From an uncultured virus (IMG/VR IMGVR_UViG_3300049259_000219) (Duplodnaviria; Heunggongvirae; Uroviricota; Caudoviricetes): 64,000 nt of DNA. The stretch lies in the IMG/VR virus record IMGVR_UViG_3300049259_000219; one strand, given 5' to 3'. The position numbers and the translations under genes were made by a program. Below are positions 18,777 to 28,678 of the stretch, in pieces; within the stretch, counting starts at the first letter, position 1; every line of letters starts with the position of its first letter. The notes beneath the pieces were generated by a model. It did no database searches. It was not told where the DNA came from and saw nothing but the letters and a program-made list of their open reading frames with translations.

Positions 18777-19073
18777 ATGAAAGAAGTCCCAACCACGGCG
18801 CCAAGCATCCAGGAAATCAGACGCGAGCGCCTCGAAAAAGATACGTCAATATCCCTGAGGGCACTGAATGACGCCGCCCGAGCCGCCGCCCAAGCGACGA
18901 TGCAGCGGGGACTCTGCCCCGCCCGCGACAAGTACGACACCATCGAAAGCCTGGTCCATACGGCATGGAACTTGATCTCCGCCGCACAGCAGACCCTCCG
19001 CGAGGAGCCCGAGTTAGCCGCCAAGGACCTTGAAACTGCGAGGTTGCGGCTATCCGAAATCCAGCTGCCTTAA
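18777..19073 (+). CDS. hypothetical helical protein
   Basis: 98-aa ORF in a co-oriented run. Confidence 0.55.
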   Translation: MKEVPTTAPSIQEIRRERLEKDTSISLRALNDAARAAAQATMQRGLCPARDKYDTIESLVHTAWNLISAAQQTLREEPELAAKDLETARLRLSEIQLP

Positions 19074-19125
19074 CCGCCGCCCTAAATTTCGCGGGACGCG
19101 TACCGCAAAAACCAACCACACCAAC

Positions 19126-19941
19126 ATGGCACACATCACCCTCACCGAAGACATCGCCGACGTTCTCCGTCGCTCCACCATCACCGAGTTCCTGGTCGCT
19201 CTTCCCGAGCAGCTTGAGCGCAAGCTGTACGAAGCCGTCGACAAAGTTCTCAAGAACGCCGGCGGCCGCTGGAAGCGAGGCAAAGGCCACGCCTTCGCCC
19301 ACGGCACCCAGTTCCTCGTCGCCGCGATGGAGACCGGCGTCGCGAAGGACCGCAACAAGGAGTTCCAATTCTACCCCACACCCGAACCGCTGGCCAACGA
19401 CCTAGTCGCCTATGGTCACATCATGCCCGGGCACCGCGTCCTCGAGCCTTCGGCCGGCGACGGTGCCCTCGTCCATCACATCCTGAAGTACGAGCCAGCC
19501 GACGTCGTGGCCGTCGAGATCCGCGAAGAGTCCCTCGATCGACTCCGCGCGATGGGCACCCGCCACGGCGTGAAGTCCGGCCTGCAGGTCAATCGCGCCG
19601 ACTTCCTCACCCTGACCCCGCAGGATCTCGGCGGGTTGTTCGACGTGATCGTCATGAATCCGCCGTTTGCGAAGGACCAAGACCTGGCCCACATCCGGCA
19701 CGCTTGGCAGTTCCTGAAGCCGGGCGGCCAACTGGTCTCCCTCTCGGCGCCGGGCTGGACCTACAGCACGACGGGCAAGCGGGGTGCCTTTGCGAAGTTC
19801 GTCAAGGAGATGGACGGCACACACTCCGTCTTGGAGCCGCAGAAGTTCGGTAACGCCTTCATAGGCCCCGCCCTCCTCCGCATCGAGAAGCCGAAACTGT
19901 CCCGCGTCAAACAACTGCTCGCCGACCTCGCCGCCCTATGA
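19126..19941 (+). CDS. N6-adenine DNA methyltransferase
   Basis: QFYPTP, VLEPSAGDG (motif I), VMNPPF (motif IV). Confidence 0.9.
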   Translation: MAHITLTEDIADVLRRSTITEFLVALPEQLERKLYEAVDKVLKNAGGRWKRGKGHAFAHGTQFLVAAMETGVAKDRNKEFQFYPTPEPLANDLVAYGHIMPGHRVLEPSAGDGALVHHILKYEPADVVAVEIREESLDRLRAMGTRHGVKSGLQVNRADFLTLTPQDLGGLFDVIVMNPPFAKDQDLAHIRHAWQFLKPGGQLVSLSAPGWTYSTTGKRGAFAKFVKEMDGTHSVLEPQKFGNAFIGPALLRIEKPKLSRVKQLLADLAAL

Positions 19942-20426
19942 GCGAGGCCATCATTATCGGGTGCGGCAAATCCAAGGCGCCACTCGCCGCCGGCAGCAAA
20001 CCCGTCACCGCGGCCGAGCTCTACACCGGCCCACTCTTCCAGGCTCGCCTCCGCTACGCCACTCGCTGGCATATCCTCGGCGCAGACGACCGCCGCGTCT
20101 TTATCCTCTCCGCCCTTCACGGATTGATCGACCGCCTCGATCGCATCAAACCGTACGACTTCACCGTTGCCGGGCTTGAGGTCGCCGAGCTGGATAGCTG
20201 GGCGGCCCGCGCCTGCCACCAGGCGAGCCTCAGCATGGAAGAGGGATCGACGCTCGAACTCCACCTCGGAGCCGCCTACGCGGAGCCGATCATCGCCAAC
20301 GCGCCGCTGTTCAATCTCAAAACCACGTGGCCGACCAAGGGCATGACCCAGGGGATGCTTCTCCGCTACTACAGCACGGCCGACCGCATCGCCTCGCTCC
20401 CGCTGGAAACAATTACCGGCGTCTGA
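19938..20426 (+). CDS. DUF6884-like protein
   Basis: IIGCGKSK...AAELYTGPLF...ILSALHGL. Confidence 0.7.
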   Translation: MSEAIIIGCGKSKAPLAAGSKPVTAAELYTGPLFQARLRYATRWHILGADDRRVFILSALHGLIDRLDRIKPYDFTVAGLEVAELDSWAARACHQASLSMEEGSTLELHLGAAYAEPIIANAPLFNLKTTWPTKGMTQGMLLRYYSTADRIASLPLETITGV

Positions 20427-20524
20427 CGGAGCTACGCGGCAAGAACCTCGCGTGCTGGTGTCCGCTGGATCAGCCGTGCCATACCGACGCGCTACTGGAG
20501 CTCGCCAATCCCGAAACAAGTTAA
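20423..20524 (+). pseudogene. C-terminal remnant of a DUF4326-like gene
   Basis: ELRGKNLACWCPLDQPCH.D.LLELAN with no N-terminal part of the domain. Confidence 0.65.
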
Positions 20525-21082
20525 ATGAAAACAAAACCTCAAATCAAAGCTGGCGAGCGGACGCAACTCCAGGTCGGGCAACTCGTGGTAGTTGACGGCA
20601 AGTACCAAGGTGAGATTAGGGAAACCCGCCTTGGCGACGGCGGCTTTTACCGGGTCGAAGTGGACACCGATAAGGAGAAACACGAGTTCTGGACGGTTGA
20701 TTTCAACCGGATGGAAGTTATTCCGCCGATCGAGCAGAGCTTCTCCATTGAAATCATGTCGGCCAGTTTCGGAAACTGGAATCTGGGCTACGGATGGGTG
20801 CATGTGAGCATCGGGAGCGCTAAGACCATCGGACTCGCTCTCTATGCGCGCTTCCGCGACCAAGAACCGGCCCGCAGGGTGGTTGCCAACGTGAAGGACG
20901 CTATGTCCTTCTTCGAGACTCACAAGGTCGCCGCAAAGGCGGCAGGCAAGCTCATGGCCGCCGCCATGGATGCGGGAGATTTTGGCGACATTTGCAAGAA
21001 CGATTCCCGGATCGCAACCGCGTCGCAACCTCCATATCGGGGTGGACACGGCGGCGAAGGCCCGAGCGTCTACGCAAAATGA
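20525..21082 (+). CDS. hypothetical protein
   Basis: 185-aa ORF. Confidence 0.6.
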   Translation: MKTKPQIKAGERTQLQVGQLVVVDGKYQGEIRETRLGDGGFYRVEVDTDKEKHEFWTVDFNRMEVIPPIEQSFSIEIMSASFGNWNLGYGWVHVSIGSAKTIGLALYARFRDQEPARRVVANVKDAMSFFETHKVAAKAAGKLMAAAMDAGDFGDICKNDSRIATASQPPYRGGHGGEGPSVYAK

Positions 21083-22056
21083 ACAGGCTCTCCACTCAGA
21101 CCCGCCTCGACTTCGACGCCACCCCGCCTCTCATCGTGGCCGACGGCATGGGCGTCGACAGCACAGCCATGCTGGAGGGGATGCGGCAACGCGGCATCCG
21201 TCCTGACGCCATCCTCTTCGCCGACACTGGCGCCGAGAAGCCGAAGACCTACGCTTACCTCCCCGTCCGCCAGGAGTGGCTGCGTGCCGTTGGCTTTCCG
21301 AGCCTCACGATCGTCAAGTACGCCGCCAGCAACTTCAAAAACTGGCCAGCCTACCACACCATTGACGAGAACTGCTTCACCAATGGCACGTTGCCGAGCA
21401 TCGCCTTCGGGTTTCAGCGGAAGAGCTGCTCGATCAAATGGAAGATCGCCCCGCAAGAGAAGTGGACGAAGGCATGGCAGCCCGCCGTGGATTGTTGGAG
21501 CGCCGGCGGCCGGGTCCGCAAGGCGATCGGCTACGACGCCAGCCCGTCCGACTCCCGCCGCTACGCTCACGCCGAAGGCCACACCGACGAGTCTTATGAG
21601 TATGACTACTTCCTTCGGGACTGGGGATGGGACCGCGCCGCCTGCATCGAGGCGATCGACCGCGCAGGACTCCCGATTCCCGTCAAGAGTGCGTGCTTCA
21701 TGTGCCCGGCCAGCAAACCGCCGGAGCTTTCCGAACTCCCCCGCAACCAGCTCCGCGCGATCGTCGTGATGGAGGCGAGGGCCACGCCGCGCCTGACCCA
21801 TATCCTCGGACTATGGGGCGTCGGCTGCAAAGGAGTCCGCAAACCGGAGGCGAAGAAGCCCGGCCGCATGACGGACTACATCCGCAGCGAAGGACTACTG
21901 CCCGCCGGGGAGATCGACTTCCTTTGGAACGAGGTGCCACGGCATCTCATTCGCTTTCAAGAAGGCTTCGCCGCTGGCGAGCATCGCGACGAACTTTCGA
22001 AATTTCTGGAGTTGCTCGACCATCCGGGCGACCTTCCCAATTTGCGGTACGCGTAA
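21079..22056 (+). CDS. PAPS-reductase-like PP-loop protein
   Basis: GMGVDSTAML, FADTGAE, CSIKWK, KSACFMCP. Confidence 0.8.
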   Translation: MNRLSTQTRLDFDATPPLIVADGMGVDSTAMLEGMRQRGIRPDAILFADTGAEKPKTYAYLPVRQEWLRAVGFPSLTIVKYAASNFKNWPAYHTIDENCFTNGTLPSIAFGFQRKSCSIKWKIAPQEKWTKAWQPAVDCWSAGGRVRKAIGYDASPSDSRRYAHAEGHTDESYEYDYFLRDWGWDRAACIEAIDRAGLPIPVKSACFMCPASKPPELSELPRNQLRAIVVMEARATPRLTHILGLWGVGCKGVRKPEAKKPGRMTDYIRSEGLLPAGEIDFLWNEVPRHLIRFQEGFAAGEHRDELSKFLELLDHPGDLPNLRYA

Positions 22057-22340
22057 CGCAAACTTGCGGTGTAGTGATGCAGAGGGAACCGGGAGACCCT
22101 TGGCTATGGCGCGTTTGACGCGTCGAAATTGCTGTGTGTGGCACGTGCGGACCGTGCCTGCCGATCCACCGGCGTTCCGCATTCCCTCCCGAAAGGGAGT
22201 GGAAAGTTACTTTCCGCTTGCCGACTTGCAACAAGTGTTGCAGAAAAGTCTCAGCGCCTGATGACACCACATCTTTCAGGCGGACGGGTGAACCACCACC
22301 ACCCCGCCGCCGTCCGTCCCAACCCAACCACGTACTAATT

Positions 22341-23657
22341 ATGTCCTCCGCTCTCGACGAAATCAAAGAAGGCCGCAGCTCCGTCTACAAACTACGCCGC
22401 CAACACCTCGACACCCGCAAGGAAGCGGACACCGGGCGCAATCCCCGCAATGACTTTGGCGACATCGAGGGGCTCGCCCAGTCCATCGCCCGCCACGGCA
22501 TCCAGTCTCCGCTCACTGGCTCCATGGAAGGCAAAACCTTCATGGTCGGTCACGGCGAACGGCGCCTCGCCGCCTACGACTTCGCCGTCAAGAACCGGTT
22601 GCCGAGCCTCGACGGCAAACCGTTCAACCCGAAGGGCGACCTCGGCCTCATCCCGGTCAAGCTCGAAGGACTGCCCTCCGCCACGGCCGACCGCGATCGC
22701 CTCATCCTTCACGTCGTCCTCAACGAAGGGAAACCGCTCAACCAGTTTGAGAAGGGGATCGCGATGGACCGCCTGATGAAGGAGCACCAACTCGACGAGA
22801 AGACGGTCGCCGAACATCTCGGCTACTCAGTGACCGCCGTGCGGGACTGCCTCCGCCTCGTCAACGGCGCTTCGGAGGGAGTGCAGGCGGCGGTACAGGA
22901 CGGCAAGCTCTCCCCGACTGCGGCCATCGAGCTCGTCCGCGAAGTGCCCGACAAGGGAAGTCAGGACTCCATTCTGGAGAAGGGAATCGAAGCGGCCGAG
23001 AAGGAGGGCAAGGAGCGGGTCACCGCCAAGCATCTGCCCGTCGAGACCGGCAAGGCCGCGCAGCAATCCCGCCGGCGGGGAGCCACGCCCTTCGACGGCA
23101 AGGAGAGCACGCCTGACTCTGTGATGAGCAACGCCAACGGCGAATACGTGGAGAACACGACCTCCTGCCAGATTCCGCTGACCCACAAACGGGTCAAGGC
23201 CACCGTCATCACCGCACTGGTCGGAGCCACCTATCACATTGGCTGGCGCATCAACTGGCCCGGCAAGGCCAAGGGCGACGGCTTCCTCCTGGTTCACCCG
23301 AGCACCAAAGGGCTGACGGCCGACACCGAAGACACGGCCATCCTCTTGGGCCTCCATCAAATTCGCGCCGAGATCGAGGCGAAGGACTTCGACGGCAAGC
23401 CGAAGGTGTTGGAGGAACTCGACCAGCGCATGAACCACAAGGCGGCCGAGATTCCTCCACCACCGGCCACGCCCTCGATCGCCAACCCGGTCATCAAGCC
23501 GACCGATCGCATCAGCGAGCTCAAGGAAGTCGTCACGGCGATCGAAGCCAAGGACGCCGAGAAGGACAGGCTCAAGACCGCGAAGAACGTCCTGCAGTTC
23601 CTTCGCGGCAAGATGGAAGCCAAGGACCTGGTCAAGTTCATCATGGGCATCGACTAA
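22341..23657 (+). CDS. ParB/Srx-family protein with HTH and long C-terminal extension
   Basis: NPR...LAQSI..HGI.SPL...GHGERRLAA; HTH VAEHLGYSVTAVRDCLRL. Confidence 0.85.
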   Translation: MSSALDEIKEGRSSVYKLRRQHLDTRKEADTGRNPRNDFGDIEGLAQSIARHGIQSPLTGSMEGKTFMVGHGERRLAAYDFAVKNRLPSLDGKPFNPKGDLGLIPVKLEGLPSATADRDRLILHVVLNEGKPLNQFEKGIAMDRLMKEHQLDEKTVAEHLGYSVTAVRDCLRLVNGASEGVQAAVQDGKLSPTAAIELVREVPDKGSQDSILEKGIEAAEKEGKERVTAKHLPVETGKAAQQSRRRGATPFDGKESTPDSVMSNANGEYVENTTSCQIPLTHKRVKATVITALVGATYHIGWRINWPGKAKGDGFLLVHPSTKGLTADTEDTAILLGLHQIRAEIEAKDFDGKPKVLEELDQRMNHKAAEIPPPPATPSIANPVIKPTDRISELKEVVTAIEAKDAEKDRLKTAKNVLQFLRGKMEAKDLVKFIMGID

Positions 23658-23662
23658 GTCCG

Positions 23663-24121
23663 ATGAAAGGCCTGCTCGTCCCCGACCAGTGGCGGCCAGC
23701 CACGGAGCTACACGTCATTCCGCATCCATCGGAGGACCGCCTGCTCGTCATGACGCAAGCCGGGCTCATCGCCACCGCCAGGATCGTCGACACCGACCAG
23801 CGGATTCCCCGGCAGGATCGCCGGACTTTCAAGCGGCTGTTCTTTTCGAGCAGCCGCATCGTTCGCGTCAACGCCGGTCGCATCCCGATCGCCGGCCAGG
23901 TCGGACCGCAAACGGCCACCCACTTTTCCATCATCCCAATTTATGACGGTTCCCCGAGCGGGGATGCGTCCCATGCAGCAACCAAGAAAGACCAGTCCAT
24001 GAGTGACCTAAGCACAGACCCCAAGCCCGAGCCCAAACCCGAGGAGGTCGACGTCAAGACCGCCGGCGGTACCGAGGTGCACACCGGCACACCGGAGACG
24101 AAGGAAGAGAAAGCGGAATAG
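23663..24121 (+). CDS. hypothetical protein
   Basis: 152-aa ORF; may be two genes (internal ATG at 23999). Confidence 0.45.
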   Translation: MKGLLVPDQWRPATELHVIPHPSEDRLLVMTQAGLIATARIVDTDQRIPRQDRRTFKRLFFSSSRIVRVNAGRIPIAGQVGPQTATHFSIIPIYDGSPSGDASHAATKKDQSMSDLSTDPKPEPKPEEVDVKTAGGTEVHTGTPETKEEKAE

Positions 24122-24141
24122 AACCCGCTGACCGAACCGTG

Positions 24142-24165
24142 AGGCCGGGGCGCAAGCCCCGGCCT
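24142..24165 (+). terminator. 10-bp stem with GCAA tetraloop
   Basis: AGGCCGGGGC-GCAA-GCCCCGGCCT; weak U-tail. Confidence 0.5.
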
Positions 24166-24215
24166 TCATCCGCCGAATAACTCACAACGTCACGTAAACC
24201 CACAACCAACACACC

Positions 24216-24962
24216 ATGACCAGCACCACCAAACCCCGCGTCGTCGGCTATGTCCGCGGCTCGACCGACGAACAGCAGAACACCCTCGTCGTGCAGCGGC
24301 AGCAGATCGAAGCGTATTGCACTTTCAAGCAGCTCGACCTCGTCGGCTGCTTCGTCGACGAAGGCGAGTCCGCCTTCAGCGTCGACTTCTTTGAGCGGCC
24401 CATCGCCGCCGAGATGATCACTCGACTGGCCGAACTCGGCGCCACGGCCGTCGTCATCACCAAACTGGACCGCGGATTCCGCAACGCCCTCGACTGCCTC
24501 TTCACCGTCCAATCACTGGAACAGCGCGGCATCGGACTCCATCTTCTCGACCTCCAGCTCGACCCGACCAGCCCCACCGGCAAGCTACTTCTCACCATGC
24601 TCGCTGCGATCGCTGAATTTGAGAACAAGCGACGGAGCGAGCGGCAGATCGGCTCCTTTCAGGTGATGCGCCAACAGGGCCAGCGCACCGGCTCCATCCC
24701 CTACGGCTGGGACACCGCGCCCAGCAGTCGCACCAGCAAAACCGGCCGCGCCGCCGACGACCTCATTCCGAATGCGGTCGAACAGGAATGGCTCGTCCTC
24801 TTTTGTGAGGGCGACTGGAAGGACGTCAGCGCCAACGAAGTCGCCCGCCGCCTCAACCAGCGCGGAGTCCCGGCCAAGAGGGGCGGCAAGTGGTACGGCG
24901 CCAGTGTCGCCAGCGTCCGAGAGCACGCCATCATCGCCGAACCCGAAGCCGCCGCCGCATGA
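24216..24962 (+). CDS. serine recombinase (resolvase/invertase family)
   Basis: GYVRGSTDEQ (catalytic Ser), KLDRGFRN, PTGKLLLTMLAAIAEFE, PYGW. Confidence 0.92.
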   Translation: MTSTTKPRVVGYVRGSTDEQQNTLVVQRQQIEAYCTFKQLDLVGCFVDEGESAFSVDFFERPIAAEMITRLAELGATAVVITKLDRGFRNALDCLFTVQSLEQRGIGLHLLDLQLDPTSPTGKLLLTMLAAIAEFENKRRSERQIGSFQVMRQQGQRTGSIPYGWDTAPSSRTSKTGRAADDLIPNAVEQEWLVLFCEGDWKDVSANEVARRLNQRGVPAKRGGKWYGASVASVREHAIIAEPEAAAA

Positions 24963-25492
24963 GCACCTCACTTATAGAGCAGGCGCCGGATTCAACCATT
25001 CAACTAGCTCCACACCCGGATGCAGACAAGCCAAGGAAGACGCTAACATGCTGCTGCTGCGGTAGCGCAACGATGGGACGGCAGTGGTGGAACCGGGATA
25101 CCGGCTACGGCCTCTGCGACGATTGCATCAGGACTTGCGGATTGGATGCCATCGGCATGGGCGGTCACGCTGATAGCTATGGGGTGCGGGGCGTCCACTG
25201 GGACACTACGCATGAGGATAAGCCAACGATTCCCGAAGGCATCCGCCGCGCCTACGAAGCACACATCGCCGCCGCGACGGCCGTCATGGATGCGGTCAAG
25301 CTGGCCTATCCGCTTGGCTGCACGGTCGAACTACAGATCGGAGGACGCACCATCAACGGAGAGGTCATCGGCCATTCTGGATCGTGGTGGTACCAGCCAG
25401 GCGAAGTTCGGATTCGAAACCTTAAGTCCGGGAAGGTGCGCAAGTTTAACGCGCCAACCACGGTCGTACTCACTCAACGCCTCGCTCCATGA
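24959..25492 (+). CDS. hypothetical Cys-rich protein
   Basis: CCCCG...QWWNRDTGYGLCDDC; ATGA overlap. Confidence 0.65.
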   Translation: MSTSLIEQAPDSTIQLAPHPDADKPRKTLTCCCCGSATMGRQWWNRDTGYGLCDDCIRTCGLDAIGMGGHADSYGVRGVHWDTTHEDKPTIPEGIRRAYEAHIAAATAVMDAVKLAYPLGCTVELQIGGRTINGEVIGHSGSWWYQPGEVRIRNLKSGKVRKFNAPTTVVLTQRLAP

Positions 25493-25644
25493 TCGAAAAA
25501 CGAGGCGGCTCCAAAGGGCGTGATCCACAGCGCCCGTCCCGCAAGCTGCGCGGCATCCTGCGCCGCCATGGCGGAGGCTACAAATGGAGCCCCGGCCCGA
25601 CCGCTCGTTTCCTCGACTGAAAATTACGTTACGCGTACCGCAAA

Positions 25645-25935
25645 ATGAACCTCCTCATCTATCTACTCGCCCTCTCTGTCCCGGAGTCGGCTGCGGATTA
25701 CAAGATCCGCCAGAACGGCGACAAGCCACGGTATGAGATCGTCCACCAACAGACGGTCATCACCAGCTACGCGGATATCCGCCAGGCCAAGGCGTTCCGC
25801 AACGCCCTTGCCTCCGCCATGAGCGACGGGATGCGCCCCGCCATCGCCGTGCTCTACGCCCAGGAGCGGGCCAAGGACGAGCTTACCGCCCGCCTCGAAA
25901 CCGACGAACCCGACGAACACTTCATCGCCGTATGA
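25645..25935 (+). CDS. hypothetical protein
   Basis: Motif A runs into its ATG. Confidence 0.6.
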   Translation: MNLLIYLLALSVPESAADYKIRQNGDKPRYEIVHQQTVITSYADIRQAKAFRNALASAMSDGMRPAIAVLYAQERAKDELTARLETDEPDEHFIAV

Positions 25936-26207
25936 ACCTCGCCGTCGTCCGAATGCACGGGCTTACGACCCAGTACCTGCATCAGCAGGAAGACGGCACA
26001 TTTGCATGGCAGGACGAACGGATCGGCCGGCACTCGTTTGACAATCAGGAAGACGCCGACCGCGCTGCGGCGACGCACCGCGGACTGGTTGCCCACATCG
26101 ACGAGCCGCCCCACAAACCAGAGCACAAGCCAGAGCACAAACCAGCCATCCCCGAGCCACCCGCTCGCGACTGGCTCAGCAAGTGGGAACTCGATCACGA
26201 CGCATGA
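25932..26207 (+). CDS. hypothetical protein with HKPE x3 repeat
   Basis: ATGA overlaps at both ends. Confidence 0.6.
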   Translation: MNLAVVRMHGLTTQYLHQQEDGTFAWQDERIGRHSFDNQEDADRAAATHRGLVAHIDEPPHKPEHKPEHKPAIPEPPARDWLSKWELDHDA

Positions 26208-26710
26208 AAGCACTCTCTTTACTTCAACCCTGGGCAAGCCTGGTCGCCGTCATCGAGAAACGGTGGGAGACACGCTCGTGGTCAACTCCCTTCCGGGGCG
26301 AGGTTGCCATCCACGCCAGCAAAGGCTACGGCGCAGGAGGGAAGTCGGGGTTCCATGACCTCTGCCTGGAAGAGCCGTTCAAGACGGTCCTAAAAACCAA
26401 CAAGGCCCTTCACCCTCCCGGCGCGACTACGCTGCTCCATGTTGCCATCGGACTTCCCCTTGGCGCAGTTGTGGCGGTGGCAAGGATCACCCGCGTCCTC
26501 CGCTCGGAAGAATGGGTGCATAGCTTCGAGCGGGCACAGATTGAGACCGCTCCGCACGAGAAGGATTTTGGCGGATACGAAGCCCGCCGCTACGCGTGGG
26601 AACTCACAGAGGTACGACAACTCCGCTCGCCCGTCCCATGCAAGGGAGCCTTGGGCCTGTGGGAAGTGCCCGCTGAGGTCGAGGCCGCCATCCTTGAACA
26701 ACTCACATGA
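26204..26710 (+). CDS. ASCH domain protein
   Basis: MKALSLLQPWASLV...KRWETRSW...IHAS...KGALGLW. Confidence 0.9.
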   Translation: MKALSLLQPWASLVAVIEKRWETRSWSTPFRGEVAIHASKGYGAGGKSGFHDLCLEEPFKTVLKTNKALHPPGATTLLHVAIGLPLGAVVAVARITRVLRSEEWVHSFERAQIETAPHEKDFGGYEARRYAWELTEVRQLRSPVPCKGALGLWEVPAEVEAAILEQLT

Positions 26711-26925
26711 GTGTCTATGTCGACGCCGCCATCTTCCCCTTCGGACGAATGATGATGTGCCACATGATCGCCGATACCGAAGGCGAGCTTATGGCCATCC
26801 GACACGATCGGCGTTGACCGCAAATGGATTCAGAGAAAGCCCTCGCCGTCCGAGCCGGCGCGATCGAGTGCGACCGCCAAACCTACGTCACCCACATGCG
26901 CCGCATCTTCCCGCCTCGCCCATGA
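26707..26925 (+). pseudogene. degraded DUF4031-like gene
   Basis: MSVYVD...MCHMIADT.GEL, then frame shifts to IGVDRKWIQ and ALAVRAGAIE; the expected HYD segment is missing. Confidence 0.65.
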
Positions 26926-27109
26926 TCGAAATGAACGATCCACGTATAGGCCACTCCTTCGACACAATCGTAGGCGGCAAGCGCGACGGGTATAAGGTTG
27001 CTCAATTTACGGTCGACTTGTCGGAGTTCAGCGCCGAACGCGCCGACGCCATCCTCACCCAAATTCTCACCCAAATCCTCACCCAAATCACCGCAACGGA
27101 CGACGCAGT

Positions 27110-27391
27110 ATGAAAACCACCCTAAACCCGCTATCCGGCTGCGCCACCCCTATTGCCGCCGCTATGGCAAGTATCGCCTTCCTTTTCTGGTTGAGCTATC
27201 AAGTTGCCAAGATCGCAACCCAACACCCGGTTACGCTCTTCACGCCGCTCTTCACGCCAGAGAAGCCAGCCGAGCGCATGAAAGAGACATGGCATGGCCG
27301 GGGCGGGGCCTTCATCCTCCATGATGACCAGACCGGCGCTGACTACCTACTGAACGGCTCTGGCGGAATCCTTAAACTCGACGCCCAATGA
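27110..27391 (+). CDS. small membrane-anchored hypothetical protein
   Basis: One hydrophobic segment; ATGA coupling. Confidence 0.55.
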   Translation: MKTTLNPLSGCATPIAAAMASIAFLFWLSYQVAKIATQHPVTLFTPLFTPEKPAERMKETWHGRGGAFILHDDQTGADYLLNGSGGILKLDAQ

Positions 27392-27840
27392 ACGCGACAC
27401 CAAGCACAATACTATGGGAGTGCCGTTGCGGGTTACGCGGCGACGACCACCAACGAGACCGCACGGTCCCTGCGCGTGCAACCAAGATTGTGCTCCATGG
27501 ATGCGACAGATGCGATCCAAGCGGCCAAGACTCCTATCATTTCGAGACGTCGACCGGAGAAGAAATCGAGGATGCCTATGAGACGATTTTGGAGGAAGAG
27601 ATGCTAACGCAGATGGCCGCCGAACTTGAATCATGAGCGACAACCTAACGGCCCCGACCGAAACCGAGGAGCACACCTGCACGACCATCGACCCCGCTCG
27701 CGGAAACTGCGGCTGGTTCGGCGCACAGCACATCATCCGGCTGCGATCGGCGCGGTACGCCCAATACCTGGCCGAGAAGGCCAGCGACGCGGCCGCACTG
27801 ACCGCGTTGCAACACTGGTGCGGGTTAGAAACGTAACGCG

Positions 27841-28188
27841 ATGGACACCCTCACCACATTCGAGGCGGACGTACTCGCCCACGCTTCCAGCAACGGTCGC
27901 TACGTGACCGGAGACAGGTCGGTACTCGTCTTAGCCGATCGCGGTTTTCTCCGGGACTACGGACCTCAAGCCCTGGCGGCGGGAGACCACTACCTAACGA
28001 TGACGCCGAAGGGCCGCGAGGCGCTGAGCACATGGCGGGCAGCGCAGCCAAAACCCCCGAAGCCGAAGCGTCGGCGCCAGTCGCCCGCGTTCGAGGCTTG
28101 GAGGAACTACCGAGAGGCGTGCGGCCATTCCTCCTTCAGCGAGTTTCTGGAAAAGGTCTGGCCGAGCCGGAGGAGCTTAGGCTTCTAG
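27841..28188 (+). CDS. hypothetical protein
   Basis: 115-aa ORF. Confidence 0.6.
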   Translation: MDTLTTFEADVLAHASSNGRYVTGDRSVLVLADRGFLRDYGPQALAAGDHYLTMTPKGREALSTWRAAQPKPPKPKRRRQSPAFEAWRNYREACGHSSFSEFLEKVWPSRRSLGF

Positions 28189-28201
28189 CTCCATACTCAC
28201 C

Positions 28202-28651
28202 ATGCTCAACTACGATCCTCAGCCGCTCGAACAACTCACTAAGCGCTACCCCGCCGCGGTCGCCAGCGTGCTGGACTTTACCCTGCCAAATCCACCCATT
28301 GCAGGGTTACTGCCAGAACACGTCTTTGATTTCCAAGAAGGCGTCCGGCTGATCATTTCCATCGACCGCATCACGATCGGCCGACCGGGACAAAACAAGG
28401 AAGGACACAACAAGGTCCTCCCCACCGTGAATTACCTCCACGTCAGTGGAAGCTGCCGACCCGGCAGCCCATTCGAACGCCGGATGCTTCAGGTCGCTGA
28501 CCTCGCGAACCCAACTACCTTAAAGAAACTATGGCAGCTTGAATGCTCCGCCGCATTTCACTCCATCAATCCGACTTGGACCGCCAAGCCCGACGTCGTT
28601 CAACAAGATCCACCCAAGTGGGTTGCCCACTTCCTCTATCGCATCAACTAA
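28202..28651 (+). CDS. hypothetical protein, paralogue of 29680-30366
   Basis: HVFDFQEGVRLIIS vs HICDFVDGIRLVVT. Confidence 0.65.
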   Translation: MLNYDPQPLEQLTKRYPAAVASVLDFTLPNPPIAGLLPEHVFDFQEGVRLIISIDRITIGRPGQNKEGHNKVLPTVNYLHVSGSCRPGSPFERRMLQVADLANPTTLKKLWQLECSAAFHSINPTWTAKPDVVQQDPPKWVAHFLYRIN

Positions 28652-28678
28652 CCTGGAAAAAAACTCTTCCCCACCGCC

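Noticed and set aside
22258..22290. CTGATGA as a hammerhead ribozyme core
   Set aside because: No stem II followed by GAAA downstream; the segment pairs with TCAGGCG instead
26110..27090. Short in-frame tandem repeats (HKPE x3, ILTQ x3; also DRDPEAE x2 near 63730-63780)
   Set aside because: Ordinary slippage duplications in multiples of 3 bp; no phase-variation potential
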